Assembly (NCBI GenBank): GCA_965242865.1
Contig: CBDETK010000013.1
Coordinates: forward strand, 5,216,001 to 5,280,000
DNA length: 64,000 bases
Origin: Candidatus Latescibacterota bacterium
GTDB lineage: Bacteria; Latescibacterota; UBA2968; UBA8231
Reading direction: 5' to 3'
Position numbers and translations under genes: made by a program. The notes below the pieces were generated by a model, which saw only the letters and a program-made list of their open reading frames with translations, had not been told where the DNA came from and did no database searches. Positions 58,707 through 64,000 of the stretch are shown here, piece by piece. Each line of letters starts with the position of its first letter. Position 1 is the first letter of the stretch.

Positions 58707-60659
58707 TTAGCGCACCAACGTCATCTTCCCGGTCCGCACCTCGCCCATAGTGGCCAAGCGATACAAGTACACGCCGCTGGCCACGGCCCGCCCGGCAGCG
58801 TCGCGCCCGTCCCAGCGCGCCTCGTGCCACCCCGGGGCAGCCACGCCCTGCACGAGGGTCCGCACCGGCTGGCCGTTTAGGGCATAGACCGCTAAATGCA
58901 CCGGCGCGGACGCGGGGAGCGCGTAGCCAATCGCGGTCGCCGCGTTGAACGGGTTGGGGTAATTGGCGGCCAACGCCAAGGCGACCGGCTGGGACGCGGC
59001 TGCGGGGCGCACGGCCGTCGGCGTCGGCCCCACAATCCGCAGCTCGTCGAACCAGAACTGGACCCCGTCTAACGAATGGTGCTCGGCCACGATGTCGAAG
59101 CGGTCGACCGCCTGCCAGTCGAACGCGCCCACCGGCTCGAACCACTCGCGTTCCCAAGCTCCGTGCTCGGCGAGGTCGCGCAAGGGGATGCGCACCGCGT
59201 GCCACGCGCCATCCCACGGCGCGACTTGCTCGTCTAGGGTGTAGCGCACGCGCCACGGGCGGTCGTCCGGGTCGGACGTATCCGTATCGACCAAGCGAAT
59301 GTCAAACGACGCCCCGGGCGTATCTCCCCGCACCCAGAACTCAATCGCATAGCCCGTTGCGGTCAACGCGGACAGGTCCTTGAACGGCTTGAAGTCGAAG
59401 CCAATGAACCCATAGAGCGGCGCCCCGGTCCAGCGAATGCAGTAGCGGCCCACCGCAGGCGTCGCCTCGGCGTAGTAATCAACCGCGCCCGGCCCAAGGT
59501 GGTTGGACTCAACGAGGTGCGGGCCGAGGAAATCGTCGTAGAGCACAAACCCCTGCTGGGCTGGCTCGACGACAAAATCCCGTTGCGGTGGCACGGTCAG
59601 GCCCAACGCCTCCAACAGCGGCACGTTTAGGTCAAATTCAAACAACTCGCTCGACCCGCGCTCGAACAACCCAAAACCGCCGCGGTAATCCCACGTGGTC
59701 CACGCAATGCCGCGGGCCTCCAAGTGCTGCCGCACCCCCTCGTACCACGAGACGCGGTCGCCGGGGTCGCTATTGGGGCTGTACACCCCAAATTCCCCAC
59801 AAAACAGGGGCACGCCGCGATCCTTGCCAAAGGCCGCGGCCTCGTCGATTAGCAGGCGCACCTGCGCGATGGTGCCCTCTTGGCTGTAATTGCCCAGTGC
59901 TTGGCCGACCCAAGTGCCCAGCAAGGACGGGGGCAACGCCGGCATGCGCGCCCGGTCGTAGGGAAAGGGCACGCCGCGCAGCGGGACCAAGGAGGGATCG
60001 ACCCAGCCCGCGCCTTGGTGGGTAAAGACAAAAGGCTCGTAAAAGTGAAACGTGTACACGAGGTTGTCGTCGGCAAAGACCGGCATCTGGTGCAGGTTGC
60101 GGAAGCTGTTCCAGTTGGCCGGGCCAACCACGATCGCGTGTTGCCGATCCACCTGCCGGATCGCGTCGATCACCTGCTGCTGGATCGCGTTCCACGCCGC
60201 GTCGCTGATGCCGTGCGGCTCGTTGAGGATCTCGTAGTAAAGCTGGGCTGGATGCGCGGCAAAGTGGGCGGCGAGTTGGGTCCACACCGGCACTAAGACC
60301 TCGCCGATGTCCGGGGCCGTGCTCACGGCCGGGTCAAACGCGTGGTTGTCCAAGATCAGCTGTAGCCCCAACTCGCTGGCCCAATCTGCGATTTGCTCGA
60401 GAAAAACGTAGAGCAAGGGGTCGATGCGGTAGTCTGGCGGGCCGCTGGTCATGGCATGCAGATTGATCGGCAGGCGCACCACGTCGCAACCGAGTTGTTG
60501 GATCTGCGCCAAGTCGGCGCGGCCAAACTTGGCAAAGTGGACGCTCTGCACACTCGACGCTTGCAGCCAATTGGTCAGGTTGACGCCCCGGCTAAATGGC
60601 GTCTCAGCACCCCCCGCCGCAATGGGCCACCCCAAAAGCAGGAGCCAAATTTTTCGCAT
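58707..60659 (-). CDS. Secreted GH5 glycoside hydrolase with CBM-like and T9SS/FlgD C-terminal domains
   Basis: 'RGVNL', 'VRLP', 'ILDNH', 'EILNEP', 'FHFYEP', 'CGEFG'; 'NYPNPFN...WDGRD..G..VASGVY'. Confidence 0.9.
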   Translation of the reverse strand: MRKIWLLLLGWPIAAGGAETPFSRGVNLTNWLQASSVQSVHFAKFGRADLAQIQQLGCDVVRLPINLHAMTSGPPDYRIDPLLYVFLEQIADWASELGLQLILDNHAFDPAVSTAPDIGEVLVPVWTQLAAHFAAHPAQLYYEILNEPHGISDAAWNAIQQQVIDAIRQVDRQHAIVVGPANWNSFRNLHQMPVFADDNLVYTFHFYEPFVFTHQGAGWVDPSLVPLRGVPFPYDRARMPALPPSLLGTWVGQALGNYSQEGTIAQVRLLIDEAAAFGKDRGVPLFCGEFGVYSPNSDPGDRVSWYEGVRQHLEARGIAWTTWDYRGGFGLFERGSSELFEFDLNVPLLEALGLTVPPQRDFVVEPAQQGFVLYDDFLGPHLVESNHLGPGAVDYYAEATPAVGRYCIRWTGAPLYGFIGFDFKPFKDLSALTATGYAIEFWVRGDTPGASFDIRLVDTDTSDPDDRPWRVRYTLDEQVAPWDGAWHAVRIPLRDLAEHGAWEREWFEPVGAFDWQAVDRFDIVAEHHSLDGVQFWFDELRIVGPTPTAVRPAAASQPVALALAANYPNPFNAATAIGYALPASAPVHLAVYALNGQPVRTLVQGVAAPGWHEARWDGRDAAGRAVASGVYLYRLATMGEVRTGKMTLVR

Positions 60660-60761
60660 GATCCAATCCTCCGTTTCGCGCTCCGCCTATCATCGCTTTT
60701 TTGCGCCCAAAGTCAAGGAGCCGTACCTTCCCCCGACCTTTGATCGCATAGGAGCCGCGCC

Positions 60762-62021
60762 ATGCAAATCACCACCATCGAAGTCATTCCCTTGCGCCTT
60801 CCCTACGAGGAGCGCATCCGCAAAGCGTTCTACCACTTCGGCATGACCGAAGAGCTGACCGTGTACAAATTCCACACCGACACCGGGCTGGTAGGCTTGG
60901 GGGAAAACCCCGGGCCGCCCTTTGAGCAGCGCGTGCTCGACGCCTATCTCGGCACCCATCCCTTTGACCACGTCATGGGCACCGGGCGCTTCAACCTCGA
61001 CATGGCCTGTTACGACCTGATGGGCCAACACCTCGGGCTGCCGGCGCACAAGCTGATGGGCCAACAGCGGCGGGAGTGGGTGAGCATGGGGTGGTGGATG
61101 CCCTGCATGTCGCCCGAGGACTCGGCCGCTGAGGTGCGCGAAGCGGCCGCGTGCGGCTATCGCGGGCTGAAGTGCAAGGCCCGCGCCTTTTACGACGTGG
61201 TCGAGCAAGCCCACGCCATGCAGGAGGCGGCCCCGCCCGACTTCCGCCTTGAATTCGACTTCAACGGCGCGCTCGTCAACGTCGAAAGAGCCTTGCCCAT
61301 CCTGCGCCAGCTAGAGCAGGTCCCCATCGTCAAAGGAATCGAAGAGCCGATCTTCGCCTACGACCTCGCAGGCTGGCGACGCCTCCGCCAACAGATCCGC
61401 ATTCCCTTCTATCTCCACGGCGTCAGCACGATTTTCGACGGCCCTTCGCGCCAGCCTTCGGGCCCTTGGCTCGGGCTGCGTGCCGGCGATTTCGACGGCG
61501 CGCTCTGTAGCCACGAGACCATCCGCAACGCGCTGGCCGCTTCTTGGGCCTTTGCCGCGGCCAATACCCCGATTCTCTTGCAATACGTCGGCACCGGCAT
61601 CACCGCGGCCTTCGCCTGCCACCTCGGCGCGGTCATGCACACGGCCACCCTGCCGGGCGTAACGGCCCATCACACCTACGCAGACGACCTGATCGTCGAG
61701 CCGCATCCCGTCCAACGCGGCTTTATGCAGGTGCCCACCGGCCCGGGCTTGGGGGTCGAGCTAGACGAGGACGCGATCGCGCGCTACCGCGATGTGCCCG
61801 CGCCGCCGTGGCCGCGCCACTTCTCGGTCGTAACCCTCCCCGGCGGCCTCAAACACTACTACCGCGACCTGCGCCAAGCCGAGTGCCTCATGAAACAAGG
61901 CGTTGACGAAGCCTTCGCCCCGGGCGTCCGCCTCACCGAGCGCGAAGACGATGGCAGCGCAGCCTTCGACCAGCTCTGGCGCACCCTCCAAGACCGCGAC
62001 TGGCCCATCTGGCGCCAGTAG
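60762..62021 (+). CDS. Mandelate racemase/muconate lactonizing enzyme family protein
   Basis: 'TDTGLVGLGE', 'MACYDLMG', KxK 'LKCK', 'DFN', 'EEP', 'GPGLGVELDE'. Confidence 0.88.
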   Translation: MQITTIEVIPLRLPYEERIRKAFYHFGMTEELTVYKFHTDTGLVGLGENPGPPFEQRVLDAYLGTHPFDHVMGTGRFNLDMACYDLMGQHLGLPAHKLMGQQRREWVSMGWWMPCMSPEDSAAEVREAAACGYRGLKCKARAFYDVVEQAHAMQEAAPPDFRLEFDFNGALVNVERALPILRQLEQVPIVKGIEEPIFAYDLAGWRRLRQQIRIPFYLHGVSTIFDGPSRQPSGPWLGLRAGDFDGALCSHETIRNALAASWAFAAANTPILLQYVGTGITAAFACHLGAVMHTATLPGVTAHHTYADDLIVEPHPVQRGFMQVPTGPGLGVELDEDAIARYRDVPAPPWPRHFSVVTLPGGLKHYYRDLRQAECLMKQGVDEAFAPGVRLTEREDDGSAAFDQLWRTLQDRDWPIWRQ

Positions 62022-62027
62022 TGATTG

Positions 62028-62209
62028 GCCCCCGTGCCAATCAGCCCCCGTGCCAATCAGCCCCCGTGCCAATCAGCCCCCGTGCCAATCAGCCCCTGTG
62101 CCAATCAGCCCCCGTGCCAATCAGCCCCCGTGCCAATCAGCCCCTGTGCCAATCAGCCCCCGTGCCAATCAGCCCCTGTGCCAATCACCCGCCGTGCCAA
62201 TCACCCGCC
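62028..62209 (+). repeat. Tandem repeat, 16-bp unit x 11 plus a partial unit
   Basis: Unit GCCCCCGTGCCAATCA; units 5, 8 and 10 are GCCCCTGTGCCAATCA; unit 11 is CCCGCCGTGCCAATCA; no spacers. Confidence 0.95.
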
Positions 62210-62266
62210 TCATCCTCCCATCGTCGAGGAGAAACCCAAGGTCCATTCCGCCGAGGAGCTTCCGCA

Positions 62267-63844
62267 ATGCGCTTTTTTAATACGAGCGGTCCGGTGGTGG
62301 CCGCGGATCACTACTGCATTCCGCCCTTGGACCGGCTGAACCTTTCCGAGGTGCGCCGGTTCGTCCGCGAAAAACGCTACTTTGTCCTGTACGCGCCGCG
62401 CCAGACCGGCAAGACATCGGTCCTGCTGACGCTGCGCGACCTGCTCAACGCCGAAGGCGACTATCGCTGCGTGTATGTCAACGTGGAAGGCGGGCAGGCC
62501 GGGCGCGAGGATGCCGAACAGGTGGTGCGCACCATTTTGGGCACCTTGGCGTTGCGAGCGAGCGCGACGCTGGGCGACGAATTTCTGCTCGCGGTCTGGT
62601 CGAGCATCTTAGCCGAGTTCGGGCCGCACGCTGCGCTGCAAGTGGCCCTGACGCGCTGGGCCGAGGCCCACCCCAAGCCCTTGGTGCTGCTGATCGACGA
62701 AATCGACGCGCTGCTGGGCGACGCGCTGCTGTCGGTGCTGCGGCAGTTGCGCGCCGGCTACGATTTGCGGCCAGCGGGGTTTCCGCAGAGCGTGGTGCTG
62801 TGCGGGGTGCGGGATGTGCGCGATTACCGGATTCAATCTACTGCGGAGCAGGTGCTTATCGCCGGGGGCAGCGCGTTCAACATTAAGGCGCGGTCGTTGC
62901 GGTTGGGCGACTTTTCTCGGGCGGAGGTCGTAGCACTGCTAAGGCAGCACACCGCGGCGACCGGACAGCCCTTTACCCCGGACGCTTTAGAGACCATCTG
63001 GCGGCAGACCCAAGGGCAGCCGTGGCTGGTCAATGCGCTGGCTTACGAGACCTGCTTTGCCGGCGCGTTGGCCGAAGCGTGGCATCGTCCCGTCGCCGCC
63101 GAGGCGATCCTCGCCGCGCAAGAGCAACTCATCCTGCGACGCGAGACGCACTTGGATCAGTTGGCCGACAAGCTCAAGGAAGAGCGGGTGCGGCGGGTGG
63201 TTGAGCCGCTGTTGAGCGGAAGCGAGGTGCGCCACTTTGCCGACCGCGACTTGGAGTACGTGCGGGATTTGGGTTTGGTCGCCCAAGATCGTCCGTTGCG
63301 CCTAGCCAATCCGATTTACACCGAGGTGGTGCCGCGCGAGCTGACGTGGGTGGTGCAAGAGGAGTTCGAGCAGGAGACCGCGTGGTATGTGGACGACAAA
63401 GGCCATCTGGAGGTGGACAAGCTGCTAACGGCGTTCCAAGCCTTCTTTCGCACGCATTCCGAGCACTGGGTTGAGCGGTTCGCGTACAAAGAAGCGGGGC
63501 CGCAGTTGCTATTGCAGGCTTTCTTACAGCGGATCGTCAACAGCGGCGGTCGGATCGAGCGCGAATATGGCCTCGGCCGGATGCGAACGGATTTGCTGAT
63601 TTTGTGGCCGCAGGGCGAGCAGACGCGCAAGGTAGTGGTCGAGTGTAAAATCCTGCACAAGAGCTTGGAGCAGACCCTTGCCGAGGGGGTGGAACAGACG
63701 GCCGAGTACATGGACCGGTGCGGGGCAAAGGCAGGTCATCTGGTGATTTTCGACCGGGACAAGGGGCGGCGTTGGGCGGACAAAGTGTTTCACGACCGTC
63801 GGGTAGCGGCCGGCGGAGTGGAGATTGACGTGTGGGGGATGTAA
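62267..63844 (+). CDS. AAA-like ATPase with C-terminal PD-(D/E)XK nuclease-like domain
   Basis: 'RFFNTSGP', 'APRQTGKT', 'LIDEID', 'GGSAFNIK', 'GQPWLVNAL', 'REYGLGRMRTDL...VVECK'; GAGGAG RBS before ATG 62267. Confidence 0.88.
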   Translation: MRFFNTSGPVVAADHYCIPPLDRLNLSEVRRFVREKRYFVLYAPRQTGKTSVLLTLRDLLNAEGDYRCVYVNVEGGQAGREDAEQVVRTILGTLALRASATLGDEFLLAVWSSILAEFGPHAALQVALTRWAEAHPKPLVLLIDEIDALLGDALLSVLRQLRAGYDLRPAGFPQSVVLCGVRDVRDYRIQSTAEQVLIAGGSAFNIKARSLRLGDFSRAEVVALLRQHTAATGQPFTPDALETIWRQTQGQPWLVNALAYETCFAGALAEAWHRPVAAEAILAAQEQLILRRETHLDQLADKLKEERVRRVVEPLLSGSEVRHFADRDLEYVRDLGLVAQDRPLRLANPIYTEVVPRELTWVVQEEFEQETAWYVDDKGHLEVDKLLTAFQAFFRTHSEHWVERFAYKEAGPQLLLQAFLQRIVNSGGRIEREYGLGRMRTDLLILWPQGEQTRKVVVECKILHKSLEQTLAEGVEQTAEYMDRCGAKAGHLVIFDRDKGRRWADKVFHDRRVAAGGVEIDVWGM

Positions 63845-64000
63845 ACCGTTCCGCATTCGAGTGGATCGCCCGGTTCCGGCGCGACCCCTTCGCGCTGCTC
63901 ATCGTCGTCCTCGCCGGGCTGGGCACCGCCCACATCCTCGTCCGCACCGCCACCTACGGCGCCGCATTCCCTTCCTACGACTCCATGGCTTTCTTGTCCA
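63832..64000 (+). CDS. Membrane protein, N-terminal part (runs off window; start uncertain)
   Basis: Open frame 'NRSAFEWIARFRRDPFALLIVVLAGLGTAHILVRTATYG' with a TM helix. Confidence 0.55.
   Translation, partial: MGDVNRSAFEWIARFRRDPFALLIVVLAGLGTAHILVRTATYGAAFPSYDSMAFLS

Noticed and set aside
62028-62209. Possible CRISPR array
   Set aside because: Units are contiguous 16-mers with no unique spacers, and no cas genes are in the window
62021-62266. 82-aa repetitive N-terminal extension of the 607-aa ORF
   Set aside because: It is translated tandem repeat; the family starts at 'MRFFNTSGP' (62267), which has its own GAGGAG RBS

Overview
A 64 kb GC-rich bacterial chromosomal segment. T9SS/FlgD-type C-terminal sorting domains, a sulfatase and PhyH dioxygenases suggest an FCB-group organism such as Latescibacterota; the taxonomy is an inference. 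The backbone carries era (3' end), purD-folB-folK-panC, a cell-wall cluster (lytR-C, rsfS, mtnA, SPOR, mltD, mreD, mrdA, rodA, TPR), an orphan parA, a sigma-54 activator, aminotransferases and catabolic enzymes. Accessory DNA: (1) A helicase-less Type ISP/IIG-like restriction-modification enzyme with a ~46-aa C-terminal extension resembling a VapB-type antitoxin tail, overlapping an intact vapC toxin (439-4049). (2) A eukaryote-like sterol delta-7 reductase. (3) A truncated MFS gene followed by a decayed IS982-like and an IS1-family element. (4) An ~11.7 kb integrase-less five-gene defence island between 35-bp direct repeats (34968-46672): PLD-SNF2 helicase, N6-adenine methyltransferase, HamA-like nuclease, HamB-like helicase with a C-terminal HIRAN domain, and a short DprA-like protein. 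(5) An ABC/AAA ATPase with a broken partner. (6) A 16-bp x11 tandem repeat upstream of an AAA + PD-(D/E)XK gene. No rRNA, tRNA or CRISPR array was recognised. All family calls come from motifs read by eye; no database searches were run.
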